Source: Lentisphaeraceae bacterium (GTDB taxonomy: Bacteria > Verrucomicrobiota > Kiritimatiellia > RFP12 > DVOR01). From it: a stretch of 64,000 nucleotides of DNA. The position numbers and the translations under genes were made by a program. Under the pieces are notes generated by a model that worked only from the letters and a program-made list of their open reading frames with translations, was not told where the DNA came from and did no database searches. Where the stretch lies: the NCBI GenBank assembly GCA_004555175.1, contig SFJE01000002.1:32333-96332 (forward strand), in the 5' to 3' direction. Positions 47,229-58,070 of this stretch are shown here, piece by piece; position 1 is the first letter of the stretch; every line of letters starts with the position of its first letter.

Positions 47229-48740
47229 ATGGCAGCGGGACAACGGAAACCAAAGCGGAATGCAGCAACAATCGGAGCGGATCGTGCACTGGAAGCGCCT
47301 TTGGCGCGGCAGGTGCCGCAGTCGATTGAGGCGGAGCGGGCGCTGTTGGGGGCGATTTTGATTGATAGCGCGCGCGTGCTGGAGTTGTGCGCGGCCAAGC
47401 GGGTGGTGCCGGAGGCCTTTGTTGAGCCGGCCCATCGGCGCATCTACACGGCAATGATGCATCTCTCTTCGCGCGGGATGCCGGTGGACGCAGTGACGCT
47501 CGGGGAGTGTCTGCGGGGAATGCAGGAGGAGGCGGCGAGTGCAGTGGGGCTGGAGATGCTCTCGGAGTTGGTGATTTCGACGCCGACGAGCGCGCACGCT
47601 GGCTACTATATTGGCGTGGTGATGGAGCAGTATCTGCGCCGGCAGATTTTGGGCGTGACGCGGGAAATCGAGGAGCGGGTCTACGACCCGGCACAGGGGG
47701 CGGACTATGTGCTGGGCGAAGCGGAGCAAGCGATTTTGGCCATTGGCGAGGGGCGGGCGCAGCAGGGCTCGACGGTGGATTGGAAGACTTCGGTGGGCGA
47801 GACCTTGGCGATGCTGACGCGGCAGTTGGATGCGCCGGGGCAACTGTCGGGGCTTTCGACGGGCTTCAAGGCGCTCGACGAGAAGACGCGCGGGATGCAC
47901 AAGGGGGCGATGATTGTGCTGGCGGCGCGCCCGGCGATGGGCAAGACGTCGCTGGCGATGAACGTGGCCGAGTGCGTGGCGCGCGGGCTGGACATTATGG
48001 GCCGGCCAATCAAGAGCGCCGATGGGCTGCGCCACAAGCACACGGTGCTGGTCTTTTCGCTGGAAATGCCGCAGGTGCAGTTGACCACGCGTATGCTCTG
48101 TGGAATGGCGGAGGTTTCGGCGCGCGAGGTGGAGCGCGGGCAGTTTGTGAAGAAGGAAGTGGTGTTGCCGCGGCTGAATGCGGCGGCGCGCGAGCTGGCC
48201 GATACACCGATTCTCTGCGATGACCAGGGCGGGTTGGATGTGTTGGAACTGCGAGCGCGGGCACGGCATATCCACAAGAAGACGCCCGTTGACCTGATTG
48301 TGATTGACTACCTGCAGCTGCTGGGCTACCGTGAGTATTCCGCGCAAGGTCAGCAGGTGATGGTCTCGAAGATCTCCGGCGAAATTAAGGCGATGGCCAA
48401 GGAGCTAAATGTGCCGGTGCTCGTGCTCTCGCAGCTCTCGCGTAATAGCGAAAACCGCAATGGCGACGAGCGGCCGAGGAACTCGGACTTGCGCGACTCG
48501 GGCGCGATCGAGCAGGACGCGGATATGATTTGGCTCCTGCGCCGCCCGAGTTATATGGGTTCGCGCGTGCCCGAGCACGACGACCGGCTGCTGGCGATTG
48601 TCGACGTCTCAAAGAACCGCAATGGCGCCACCGGCGAAGTGCGGTTGAACTTCGATGGCAGTATCACGCGCTTCAAGGACCGAATTGAGACGAACCCGGA
48701 GATGATGGGCGGCGATATGGAGCCAGTGGATACGCCTTAA
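47229..48740 (+). CDS. dnaB: replicative DNA helicase
   Basis: DnaB N-domain, Walker A ARPAMGKTS and RecA-like C-domain blocks. Confidence 0.95.
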   Translation: MAAGQRKPKRNAATIGADRALEAPLARQVPQSIEAERALLGAILIDSARVLELCAAKRVVPEAFVEPAHRRIYTAMMHLSSRGMPVDAVTLGECLRGMQEEAASAVGLEMLSELVISTPTSAHAGYYIGVVMEQYLRRQILGVTREIEERVYDPAQGADYVLGEAEQAILAIGEGRAQQGSTVDWKTSVGETLAMLTRQLDAPGQLSGLSTGFKALDEKTRGMHKGAMIVLAARPAMGKTSLAMNVAECVARGLDIMGRPIKSADGLRHKHTVLVFSLEMPQVQLTTRMLCGMAEVSAREVERGQFVKKEVVLPRLNAAARELADTPILCDDQGGLDVLELRARARHIHKKTPVDLIVIDYLQLLGYREYSAQGQQVMVSKISGEIKAMAKELNVPVLVLSQLSRNSENRNGDERPRNSDLRDSGAIEQDADMIWLLRRPSYMGSRVPEHDDRLLAIVDVSKNRNGATGEVRLNFDGSITRFKDRIETNPEMMGGDMEPVDTP

Positions 48741-48766
48741 GACTTTGGAAAAGAGAAGGACAGCGA

Positions 48767-51142
48767 ATGAAACGCATTGCTTCGTTTTTGGCCGTGGCCC
48801 TGCTAACAGGGGCGTTGTGGGCCGAGCGCGTGACCGTGCAGGATGTGCAGGTGCGCGCGAATGACAACTTCGGGGTGGATCCCTCGGCCGATGTGCGCCA
48901 GATTTGCTCCATCAAGCCGGGGTGGACCGCTGAGCAGGCCGACATTCAGGCCGCGATGAGCGCGGACGTGAAGGCGCTCTTGGCCAACCCGCTCTATGCG
49001 CGCGTGGATGTGGCAATCGGCCAGGATGAGCAGGGAGGCTGGGTCATTATCTACACCGTCGAGCGCCGAGCGCTCTTGGCCGAGGACCCGGTCATCGAGG
49101 GGCTCAATGGCGCCATCCGAATGGGCAAAGCCGAGGAGGCCGTCAAGCTGACCTGGCACGACCGCATCGATGAATCGATTGCCGCAGCCGCCGCCGGGCG
49201 CTTGCGCGACAAGTTGGCCACCGAGGGCTTCGTTGATGCCAAGGTGACCTTCGACTTGCGCTACGCCGACAAGCCCGGCTATGCCTTCCTCACCCTCTAC
49301 GCTGAGCCCGGCATTGAGCGCCAAATCCGCGACTACGCCTTCGAGGGCAATACGGCCTTTGACCACGATACGCTTGCCTCCTCCTTCGGCTGGCTCCCCC
49401 TTTGGAACCCTCTGAGCTGGTTCTTGGATATGCCGTTGACCGATGAGAAGCTCGACGACGCCCGCGCCGCCGTTTTGGGCGTCTACACCGACGCCGGTTA
49501 TCTGGATGCCGAAGTGGCCACGCCCGACCTGCGGCAGATTCCCGGCAAGGGCCCCGGGCGCGTGGATGCCGTCTTCCAGGTCACCGAGGGCGAGTGCTAC
49601 ACCGTTGGCACCGTGAAGGTGGAGGGCGCGAGCATCTACCCCACCGCCGCGCTGGAGGCCGCCGCCGCGCAGGTGCTCGTTGAGCACGGGCGGACGGCCA
49701 CAGCCGCCACCCGCGCGGCCTTGCGCGAAGCCATTGAGCTCTACTACGGCTCGCGCGGGTATGTGGATACCTACGCCGTGCCCACCGTGGTGCCGCGCAT
49801 CGATGAGCCGGTCATCGACATCACCTACAAGCTCACCGAAGGCGTGCAGGTCAACATCCGCAACATTGAAATCCGCGGCAACGCCGTCACCCAAGACAAG
49901 GTCATCCGCCGCGAGTTGGTGACCCAGCCGGGCGAAGGCTACGATCAGCGTCTGGTCAACCTCTCGCAGACGCGCATCCGCAACTTGGGCTACTTCGCCG
50001 AGGAGAGCGGGGTGACCGCCTACACCGTCAAGACGCCCAACGAGCACGAGCGCGACCTGGTCTTCGAGGTGCGCGAGGTGCCGACGATGGAGACGATGGT
50101 GGGCGTGAGCGTGAGCACGGTCGACAGCGTCTTCCTCCACGCAGGCGTTTCGCAGCCGAACTTTGACCTCTTCAACCCCGGAAACGGCTTCCGTGGCGGC
50201 GGCCAGCGCGCCAGCGCCCGCGCCGAAATCGGCTCGCGCCGCCAAACTATCGACCTCAGCTGGACCCAACCCTGGCTCTTCGATATGCCCCTCTCCTTCA
50301 CCGTCAACCCCTACCGCAAGATGCGCTGGTTCGACGAGTATGACGAGATTCACATGGGCGCGGCCTTTACCCTCTCCTGGAAGCCTCAGCCCATCCCCAC
50401 GCCCTTCGGCGACATCCAGCTCGACCGTATTGGCGTGCGCTACACCCTCGAGCAGGTCTCCTACGACGATGCGGAGTCTGGCACCTGGTACACCGCCAAC
50501 GGCGACAAGCCCTTCCGTTTCACCGACCTGGATGACAGCATCAACAGCAAGTTCCGCTTCTTCTGGAACGAAGAGCACCGCAACCGGCCCCTCTTCCCCA
50601 CCGATGGTTGGAATAGCCAAGTCTATGCCGAGTTCGGTGCCGGCGGGGACGCGAAAGACTACGGCTTCGGCTTCGTCTTCAATAAGTACACGCCCTTGTG
50701 GTGGGACCACGTCCTCCAAGCCCGCGTGCGCTTCGACACGGTGGAAGCCTACAGCGGCGATGTGCCGATCTTTGACCGCTACTTTATCGGCGGCTTGCGC
50801 ACCATCCGCGGCTTTGAGTTCCGCGATGGCGGCCCGAAGGCCTACCAGCGCCCCGGCCGGCGCGGCGACCACGTCTCCATTGGCGGCCAGACCCTCTGGT
50901 GCGCCACCTTGGAATACAACATTCCTATCAATAGCATGCTCCGCTTCGCCGTCTTCTCCGACATCGGCGCGGTGGGCGAGGACTTCTGCGACCTGGGCGG
51001 CGACCTGCTCTGGTCGGTCGGGTGCGGTCTGCGCCTCGACTTGGCCAAGTTCCCGATCCGCCTCGACGTGGCCAAGCCCATCACCAACGATGATGACACC
51101 GAGGAAGAGGTCTTCTCCTTCTCCTTGGGCTACACCGATTGA
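48767..51142 (+). CDS. bamA: outer membrane protein assembly factor BamA (POTRA repeats plus Omp85 barrel)
   Basis: Signal peptide, five POTRA-like segments, C-terminal Omp85 barrel with terminal aromatic residue. Confidence 0.85.
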   Translation: MKRIASFLAVALLTGALWAERVTVQDVQVRANDNFGVDPSADVRQICSIKPGWTAEQADIQAAMSADVKALLANPLYARVDVAIGQDEQGGWVIIYTVERRALLAEDPVIEGLNGAIRMGKAEEAVKLTWHDRIDESIAAAAAGRLRDKLATEGFVDAKVTFDLRYADKPGYAFLTLYAEPGIERQIRDYAFEGNTAFDHDTLASSFGWLPLWNPLSWFLDMPLTDEKLDDARAAVLGVYTDAGYLDAEVATPDLRQIPGKGPGRVDAVFQVTEGECYTVGTVKVEGASIYPTAALEAAAAQVLVEHGRTATAATRAALREAIELYYGSRGYVDTYAVPTVVPRIDEPVIDITYKLTEGVQVNIRNIEIRGNAVTQDKVIRRELVTQPGEGYDQRLVNLSQTRIRNLGYFAEESGVTAYTVKTPNEHERDLVFEVREVPTMETMVGVSVSTVDSVFLHAGVSQPNFDLFNPGNGFRGGGQRASARAEIGSRRQTIDLSWTQPWLFDMPLSFTVNPYRKMRWFDEYDEIHMGAAFTLSWKPQPIPTPFGDIQLDRIGVRYTLEQVSYDDAESGTWYTANGDKPFRFTDLDDSINSKFRFFWNEEHRNRPLFPTDGWNSQVYAEFGAGGDAKDYGFGFVFNKYTPLWWDHVLQARVRFDTVEAYSGDVPIFDRYFIGGLRTIRGFEFRDGGPKAYQRPGRRGDHVSIGGQTLWCATLEYNIPINSMLRFAVFSDIGAVGEDFCDLGGDLLWSVGCGLRLDLAKFPIRLDVAKPITNDDDTEEEVFSFSLGYTD

Positions 51143-51165
51143 TTTCCAACCCCGAAAGGAATCCT

Positions 51166-51777
51166 ATGAAAACCCTCCTTTGCGCCTGTGCGCTCCTCTG
51201 CGCCTTCAACCTGAAGGCCGCCTCGGTCCCCTCCATCGTTGTGGTGGATATGGAGGCCATTATTGCCCACCACCCCAACACCCCCAACGACAAGAAGTTG
51301 CTTGAGGACACCCTCGCCGAATTCTCCCAAGAACGCGATGCCCTGCGCGCGGCCATCAAGGCCAAGCAGACCGATCTGGAAAAGCAGGTCCAGGAGGCCC
51401 AGAACCCGATGATTGCCCCGGCCAAGGCCGAAGAACTGCGCAAGGCCTGCGAGGCCAAGTTCCGCGAAATCCAACGCGACACCGATGCCGCCGAGCAGAA
51501 GATGGCCAGCCGCTCCCGCGAACTCTCCGACCTCGAGGACCGCCTGCTCAAGCGCACCACCAAGGAAATCCAAGCCCACATCGCCGCCTACGCCAAGGAG
51601 AAGGGTTTCCAGGTGGTGCTCTATAAGAATATGGTCCCCTATGTCACCCCCGAGCGGGACATCACTGACCTCATCATCGTGCTCTGCGGCGGCAGGCCCG
51701 AGCCTAAGGACTCCTCCAAGGGCGCCGACGAGCTCAAGCCCGCCGCCACGCTCGAAGACTCTCTTCCCACCAAGTAA
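51166..51777 (+). CDS. skp: OmpH/Skp-like periplasmic chaperone
   Basis: Signal peptide and a coiled-coil OmpH family protein immediately downstream of bamA. Confidence 0.75.
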   Translation: MKTLLCACALLCAFNLKAASVPSIVVVDMEAIIAHHPNTPNDKKLLEDTLAEFSQERDALRAAIKAKQTDLEKQVQEAQNPMIAPAKAEELRKACEAKFREIQRDTDAAEQKMASRSRELSDLEDRLLKRTTKEIQAHIAAYAKEKGFQVVLYKNMVPYVTPERDITDLIIVLCGGRPEPKDSSKGADELKPAATLEDSLPTK

Positions 51778-51799
51778 CCCCTACCCCAAGGAACCCCAC

Positions 51800-52228
51800 A
51801 TGTCCCACGAACTCGAAGAAGGCCTCACGCTGCAGCTCGACTTCACGAAGATTGCCAAGGTCGCTGCCAACATCAAGGAAGAGAAGGACAACGTCATCCC
51901 CGTGGCCGTCCAGCACGCCGACACCAAGGAGGTCATCCTCGTGGCCTACACCAACCGCCTGGCGATGGAACTCACCTTCAAGACCCGCACCCTTACCCTC
52001 TGGTCCACCTCCCGCAACGTCCTCTGGGAGAAGGGCAAGACCTCCGGCGAGAGCTTTGAGGTCCTCGAAGCGCGCGTCAATTGCGAGCAGAACTCCCTGC
52101 TTTACATCGTCCGCCCGCGCCGCGGCAACATCTGCCACACCAAGAACAGCGCCGGCCACCCGCGCAACTGCTACTACCGCGCGGTCAACCTCGACGACGG
52201 CTCCACCCTCGTCAACCTCGACCCCTAA
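51800..52228 (+). CDS. hisI: phosphoribosyl-AMP cyclohydrolase
   Basis: HisI blocks VAVQHADTKEVILVAY, WSTSRNVLWEKGKTSG, and CEQNSLLYIV with the C-x-C region. Confidence 0.8.
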   Translation: MSHELEEGLTLQLDFTKIAKVAANIKEEKDNVIPVAVQHADTKEVILVAYTNRLAMELTFKTRTLTLWSTSRNVLWEKGKTSGESFEVLEARVNCEQNSLLYIVRPRRGNICHTKNSAGHPRNCYYRAVNLDDGSTLVNLDP

Positions 52229-52245
52229 CCGAGCCGGTTTTCCCC

Positions 52246-53994
52246 GTGCTTTCGGTCATCCTGCCGTTTCACAACGAAGGGCCTGAGCGCGCCGAGCGCA
52301 ATCTCGGCGCGCTCTCGGCATACCTCTGCGCGCAAGGCCTCGACTTCCGCCTCATCCCCGTGGATGACGGCTCCACCGACGGCACCGCCCAGGCCCTACA
52401 CGCCTTCGCCGAAAGCCATCCCGCCTGCCGCCCCATCCTCCTCCCCGAAAACCGCGGCAAAGGCGCTGCCCTCCTTGCTGGCCTCCCCGAGGTCGCCGGC
52501 GACTGGGTCCTCCTCCTTGATGGCGACTTCGATCTCGATCCTGCGATGCTCCCGCACTTCTTCGCCGAAGCCGAACGCACCAGCGCGGACATCGTCGTTG
52601 GCAGCAAACGCCACCCCCGCGCCGAGGTCCACTATCCCCTCCGCCGCCGCCTCCTCAGCGCCTGCTACCACGCCCTCACCCGCCACGCCCTCCACCTCCC
52701 GATCAGCGACACCCAAAGCGGGATGAAGCTCATCCGCACCGAGGTCCTTCGCTACGCCGCCGAACGGATGCTCGTTAAAGCCTTCGCCTTCGACCTCGAA
52801 CTCCTCGTCGTGGCCCTCGGCGGCGGCTACCGCGTGGCCGAGGCCCCCGTGCGCATCGCCCACTTCGGTCACCGCTGGGGCTGCATCTCCGCGCGAATGC
52901 TCTGGCGCACCCTCATCGACACCCTGGCCATCCTCTACCGCGAGCGCATCCTCCACTACTACGCCTCCCTCACCCCGCCCCCCGCGCCGGAAGCTGCCCC
53001 CGCACAAGGCCCGCGCTTCAGCCTCATCGTTGCCTGCCCCGGCGATAGCGCCGTCCTCCGCCGCCTCATCGATGCCCTGCGCGCGCAAACCTACCGCAAC
53101 TTTGAAGTCCTCTTCCTCCCCGACCACCTCCTCGTCCGCCCCGAAACCAACTACCGCTTCCGCATCCTCGCCACCGGCAGTGTCCGCCCCGCCCGCAAAC
53201 GTAATATGGGCGCCCTCGCCGCCACTGGCGACATCCTCGTCTTCATCGACGACGATGCCTACCCCCGCGCCGACTGGCTCGCCAATGCCGCCGCCCGCTT
53301 CGCCGACCCCGCCATTCACGCCCTCGGCGGCCCCGGCCTCACCCCGCCCGAAGATCCCCCCCTCGCCCAACTCTCCGGCACCGTCTTCGCCTCCCCCCTC
53401 GTCTCTGGCAACTTCCGCTACCGCTACTTCATCCAAGGCGCTCTCCGCCGCGTGGAAGACTTCCCCAGTTGCAACCTCTTCATCCGCCGCACCGCCTTCG
53501 ATGCCATCGGCGGCTTCCGCGAAAACTTCTGGCCCGGCGAAGACACCCTCCTCTGCGCCGACCTCCAACGCCACGGCTATAGCCTCTGGTACGACCCGCG
53601 CGTCGTCGTCTACCACCACCGCCGCCCCCTCTTCGGCCCCCACCTCCGCCAAGTCGGCCGCTACGCCCTCCACCGCGGCTACTTCGCCCGCCGCATCGGC
53701 CTCAACTCCCGCCGCCTCTCCTACCACCTCCCCGCCCTCTTCGTCCTCGGCCTCCTCTTGGGCCTCCCCGCCGCCTACTTCCTCCCCCTCCTCGCGCTCC
53801 CCTACTGCGCCACCATCGCCCTCTACCTCACCCTCACCGCCGCTGACGCCCTCCTCGAAGCCCCCGCCCTCCGCACCGTCCCCACCGTCTGGGCTGGTAT
53901 CATCCTCACCCACTTGTGGTACGGCCTCCGCTTCCTCCAAGGTCTCTTCGCCCGCCGAATGCCCTGCGGCGTCCGCCCCTTCGACCACCGTTAA
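52246..53994 (+). CDS. tandem two-domain family 2 glycosyltransferase
   Basis: Two GT2 domains (VILPFHNE ... DGDFD and LIVACPGD ... FIDDDAY), C-terminal TM segments. GTG start. Confidence 0.75.
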   Translation: MLSVILPFHNEGPERAERNLGALSAYLCAQGLDFRLIPVDDGSTDGTAQALHAFAESHPACRPILLPENRGKGAALLAGLPEVAGDWVLLLDGDFDLDPAMLPHFFAEAERTSADIVVGSKRHPRAEVHYPLRRRLLSACYHALTRHALHLPISDTQSGMKLIRTEVLRYAAERMLVKAFAFDLELLVVALGGGYRVAEAPVRIAHFGHRWGCISARMLWRTLIDTLAILYRERILHYYASLTPPPAPEAAPAQGPRFSLIVACPGDSAVLRRLIDALRAQTYRNFEVLFLPDHLLVRPETNYRFRILATGSVRPARKRNMGALAATGDILVFIDDDAYPRADWLANAAARFADPAIHALGGPGLTPPEDPPLAQLSGTVFASPLVSGNFRYRYFIQGALRRVEDFPSCNLFIRRTAFDAIGGFRENFWPGEDTLLCADLQRHGYSLWYDPRVVVYHHRRPLFGPHLRQVGRYALHRGYFARRIGLNSRRLSYHLPALFVLGLLLGLPAAYFLPLLALPYCATIALYLTLTAADALLEAPALRTVPTVWAGIILTHLWYGLRFLQGLFARRMPCGVRPFDHR

Positions 53995-54182
53995 CCCGCC
54001 CCCGAGCGCCCCGCATGCTCGGCGAAAGGGCCTCTCTCCCTCTAGCGTAAACAAAAAAAAGCTCCCCTCTCCGCCCTTTTGAGGTAGGGGCGGGGCGCAA
54101 TCGCGCTCGCCCCGAGGAGGCGTGGTACGCCAATTGGGGTACTTGAGCTTATCGAGCGGAAGGAGAAGGGGCACGGGGAAGA

Positions 54183-54208
54183 CAAAAAAGGCGCGGCAGT
54201 GCCGCGCC
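54183..54208 (-). terminator. intrinsic terminator of the GH2 gene
   Basis: ggcgcggcagtgccgcgcc hairpin with a T6 run on the minus strand. Confidence 0.7.
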
Positions 54209-54233
54209 TAAAGGGAGAGCAGAAGGGCTCCGC

Positions 54234-57200
54234 TTACTCGATGATGGTGATTTCAGCCATCGAAGCGAACTCTTGCCCGTGCTGCTCGGAGAGGCCAGTG
54301 AAGCGGAGGTAGCGGACATTCGCAGCCGGGGTGGCGAAGAGGACCTTCTGCCCATCGGCACTGTTGGCCAGCTGGCCTTCGGCGGCCACGGTCCACGCCT
54401 TGCGATCGGGCGAGACTTCGACGCGGAAGTCCTTGATGCGCCCATTGGTGCCCTCCTGGCGGCCGAAGCAGGTGATGCCCTTGAGGGTGCGGACCTTGCG
54501 CAGGTCGATGGTCACGCTGTGGGGGTACTTGCCAAGGGTGACGCCATACTGCGTGTGCCAGATGGTGCCGAGGTCGCCATCGCAGACCTTACCGCCTTCG
54601 TTGCCGGGCTCCTGCGAGGTGCACTCCACGGCGGTGAAGGTCTCCGGCGGCGGAGGCATCGTCTCATCGAGGGCGACGACCTGCTCGCGCACCGTGGCGG
54701 TCTCGGCCTGCTTGAGTGCAGCCGGGCGAATGGCGAAGTTCAGGCGGTAGGGCTTATCGGCGCGCGGGATGTCACGGTTGAGCGGACCCGGACCGCAGCT
54801 GGCACCGCCGAGGCCGCGGTTAGTGGCCAGGAGCGTGAGAACGGTCTTCTCGCCAGGTGCGGGGAGCTCAGCCGGGTGCTTGGTCAGGCAGAGGTCAGTG
54901 GCCGTGTAGGGCAGGGCCGAGAAGGCGAAGGCTTCGCCATTGAGCGCCGAGAAGGTCAGCCCGCCAGTCTCGCCAAAGAGGGTCACGCCGGAGGCCTCTT
55001 CGCGGTTACCCATATCGTTGGGACGCGCATAGTTGACAACCATGTTGGCCACGGTGTCCTGATAGAGGCCCGGGAAGGCACCGGCCTTACGGTCGGGGTA
55101 GTTCTCGAAGGGACCGCGGGCGGCGTAGCGGACGGTGTCGAGGGCCGGATTGAGAATGAGCGAGTAGCCCAAGCGCCCGAGTTCAATGACGCGGCCGCGC
55201 GGCAGAATGGCCGACTGAACAGTCACGGTGCCATCGGGGTAGACCTTCCAGGCGGCGTTGACCACAAAGTGGGTGTTCCGCTTGGAGACGGGGGTGCGCA
55301 AGACCTCGAAGGAGGTTGGCGCATCGCCATCGAAGGAGACCATCTTCTCCAGTTGGCGGCCCATCACGGTGGTGGAAGTAAGGAAGGTGACGCAGTCGCC
55401 ATCGCGGTTGAGGTTGGTGATTTCTGCCTTCACCGGCACAAGGGTGCGCAGGCCTTGCTGAGCCCATTCGGCCCCCTTCCACACTTCGTTGGAGGAGGGG
55501 CAACGGAAGGCATCGACAGCCAACGGCGCTTGCAGCAGCTTGCGACCGTTGAGCTCATACTGCGCCAGGAAGCCGGAGGCCTTACAGAAGGAGATTGAGA
55601 AGTGCTTACCGGAGACCACGAGGGCCTTATCCGTCTCCTTCACGCGCACCTCACCCTGGGCCTGAATGGCGATGGGGGCGCGCTTCTGCAGGGTAATCTG
55701 ATCGGAGGCAACACAGGTTCCGGCCTTGAGAAGCCCCTCGTCAGCCTTCAAGCAGAACGTGATGCGCAAATCGTAGCCATCGAGCGAACGCGGCACGCGC
55801 ACGGGTAGCGGGAAGGTGGCCTGAGCCTGCGGGCCGATGGCGGCCACATCAAAGGTGCCCGAGCCGGCGGATTCGCCGTTCTTCAGGAGGGTCCAGGTGG
55901 CCGTCACGTAATCGAGCGGGCGGAAGTAGTTCTTGTTACGGATCGTAATCTGCCCATCGGCGAAGGTGGCCTTGATGTTTTGGTAGACGTAGGCGACCTC
56001 GTAGTAGCCAGGCTCAGGGGTACGGTCGGAGAGGATCGTGCCGTTGCAGTCGAACTGGCCAGAGTTGGGGTGGTCGCCCCAGTCACCGCCATAGGCGAGA
56101 ATGCGCTTGCCGGTGCGCGGCGAATCGTACCACAGGCCCTGGTCAATCCAGTCCCAAATGGCCCCGCCGAGGATAACATCCGAGCTCTCAATGGCATCCT
56201 GATAGTCGATAAAGTTGCCCATCGCGTTCATCATGTTGTGGGCGTATTCGGAGATGTAGAAGGGCTTGGGATCCTTGAGGTCGGCAGCCTTCCACTGCAC
56301 CCAGCCCACGCCGGGATACTGGTTCGAGCCCATATCCACAATGTCGTTATTGCGCTCGTAGTGCGTGGGGCGGGTGAAGTCGCGCGCCTTGATGGTGCGC
56401 TCGGCCACGGCGAAGTTGCGCCCGGGGCCAGCTTCGTTGCCCAACGACCAAATCACCACGCAGGGCTGGTTCTTGTTACGTTCGACCATGTTCATCACGC
56501 GGTCAACATGCGCATCCATCCACTCCACCGGGTGCGAGAGCGACTCCTTGCCGTAGTAGTAGCCGTGCGACTCGATGTTCGCCTCGTCCTCCACATAGAT
56601 GCCGTACTTGTTGCAGAGATAGTAGAAGTAGGGCGAAGCAGGATAGTGAGAGCAACGAACATGGTTGATGCTCGCAGCCTTCATCAGGCGGATTTCCTCC
56701 TCGATGGCCGCATCTGGGACTGCATGGCCCATCCAGGGGTCCGTCTCGTGGCGGTTGACACCTTTGAGCTTGATCTTCTGGCCGTTGACCCAGAAGCGCT
56801 TCTCGGTCTGGCCCTTGCGTGCGGCCACCTCCACCTTACGGAAGCCCAGCTGCGCAGGCACCGCCTCAATCAGCACCCCGCGGTCATCGCGCAACGTCAA
56901 GAGCAATGTGTAGAGATTCGGGCACTCGGCCGACCAGAGTTTGGGGCTGTCGAAACGCAGCTTAAGCCCCGTGCGCCAAAGCTTCTGCCCGGTCAGATTC
57001 ACCGACTTCTCGGCAATGCCATCCCACGGATAATCAACCGGCTGAACGGCCGCAACCTCGTTCCCCTTGCCATCCACCACCTTGGCCGAGAGAATAGCCA
57101 CCGCCGCGCTCTCCGGCGCGTTGAGGTTCTCGAGCTCCACATCCACCGTCAACTCCCAGCGCCCATCCATCTGCTCCCACTTGAGCGGCTCGGTGGTGGC

Positions 57201-58010
57201 GAAGAAGTCGCGAATGTGCAGCTTGGGCACAGCGTAGAGCTGAACCGTGCGGAAGAGGCCCGACAGGCGCGTCATGTCCTGACACTCGAGGTAAGCCGCA
57301 TCGCTATGGCGGTAGACCTCGGCCGCCAGGACATTGTTGCCCGGCTTGAGGAAGGGCGTGATGCGGAAGGCCGCCGGATTGCGCGAATCCTTCGAGAAGC
57401 CCACATACTTGCCGTTGATCCACAGGTAGAAGAAGGAGTCCACACCGTCAAACTGAAGGTAAATCTCCTCGCCGGCCCACTCAGCGGGCACCGTGAAGTC
57501 GCGCCGATAGGAGCCCACCGGGTTGCGCGCCTCGTAGTTGGTGTAGTGCTTGGGCGGGGTGGTCATCACCCGCGGCCAATCGCGCGCGAAGGGATAGGGC
57601 TGATTGGAGTAGAGCGCCGTCCCCCACCCCTTAACGCGCTCGGGATGCGCGCCCATCGCCTGCCACGAAGCCGGCACCACAATCGTCTCCCAGGCCGACA
57701 CATCGTAGGCCGGATCCTGGAAGCCCACCGGCCGCGACGCCGGGTCCTTACTCCACTTAAACTTCCACGCCGTGGTGCTATCCAAGCTCAACCAGCGCGC
57801 GCTAAATCGCGGCAAAATCTGCTTGGCCGTCTCCTCGCTCGTAAAGCTAAACGCCCACGCGCGTGCAGGCTCCTTATTATAGGAGAGGTTTTGCTCCTGC
57901 TCCCACTCCAGACCCGTCGGCGCAGGCGCCGTTCCAAAGCCGTGCACAGCGAAAGCCGCAGTTGCCAAGCAACAAATGCCTCCGATGGCCAAAGCATTCT
58001 TCATCATCAT
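54234..58010 (-). CDS. secreted GH2 family beta-galactosidase with C-terminal F5/8 type C (discoidin) domain
   Basis: Signal peptide and LacZ-like GH2 blocks (sugar-binding, Ig-like, TIM barrel with WSLGNE and ISEYAH), plus a C-terminal discoidin-like domain. AAAGGAG RBS. Confidence 0.85.
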   Translation of the reverse strand: MMMKNALAIGGICCLATAAFAVHGFGTAPAPTGLEWEQEQNLSYNKEPARAWAFSFTSEETAKQILPRFSARWLSLDSTTAWKFKWSKDPASRPVGFQDPAYDVSAWETIVVPASWQAMGAHPERVKGWGTALYSNQPYPFARDWPRVMTTPPKHYTNYEARNPVGSYRRDFTVPAEWAGEEIYLQFDGVDSFFYLWINGKYVGFSKDSRNPAAFRITPFLKPGNNVLAAEVYRHSDAAYLECQDMTRLSGLFRTVQLYAVPKLHIRDFFATTEPLKWEQMDGRWELTVDVELENLNAPESAAVAILSAKVVDGKGNEVAAVQPVDYPWDGIAEKSVNLTGQKLWRTGLKLRFDSPKLWSAECPNLYTLLLTLRDDRGVLIEAVPAQLGFRKVEVAARKGQTEKRFWVNGQKIKLKGVNRHETDPWMGHAVPDAAIEEEIRLMKAASINHVRCSHYPASPYFYYLCNKYGIYVEDEANIESHGYYYGKESLSHPVEWMDAHVDRVMNMVERNKNQPCVVIWSLGNEAGPGRNFAVAERTIKARDFTRPTHYERNNDIVDMGSNQYPGVGWVQWKAADLKDPKPFYISEYAHNMMNAMGNFIDYQDAIESSDVILGGAIWDWIDQGLWYDSPRTGKRILAYGGDWGDHPNSGQFDCNGTILSDRTPEPGYYEVAYVYQNIKATFADGQITIRNKNYFRPLDYVTATWTLLKNGESAGSGTFDVAAIGPQAQATFPLPVRVPRSLDGYDLRITFCLKADEGLLKAGTCVASDQITLQKRAPIAIQAQGEVRVKETDKALVVSGKHFSISFCKASGFLAQYELNGRKLLQAPLAVDAFRCPSSNEVWKGAEWAQQGLRTLVPVKAEITNLNRDGDCVTFLTSTTVMGRQLEKMVSFDGDAPTSFEVLRTPVSKRNTHFVVNAAWKVYPDGTVTVQSAILPRGRVIELGRLGYSLILNPALDTVRYAARGPFENYPDRKAGAFPGLYQDTVANMVVNYARPNDMGNREEASGVTLFGETGGLTFSALNGEAFAFSALPYTATDLCLTKHPAELPAPGEKTVLTLLATNRGLGGASCGPGPLNRDIPRADKPYRLNFAIRPAALKQAETATVREQVVALDETMPPPPETFTAVECTSQEPGNEGGKVCDGDLGTIWHTQYGVTLGKYPHSVTIDLRKVRTLKGITCFGRQEGTNGRIKDFRVEVSPDRKAWTVAAEGQLANSADGQKVLFATPAANVRYLRFTGLSEQHGQEFASMAEITIIE

Positions 58011-58042
58011 TCAATCTCCTTTGGTAAGGTTTAACGACTTCA

Positions 58043-58070
58043 TAGTAGACCATCTAGGCCTTGAAGTCAA
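58043..58070 (-). promoter_or_regulatory. sigma70-like promoter of the GH2 gene (TTGACT-N16-TACTAT)
   Basis: -35 and -10 hexamers are the reverse complements of plus-strand agtcaa (58065-58070) and atagta (58043-58048). Confidence 0.5.
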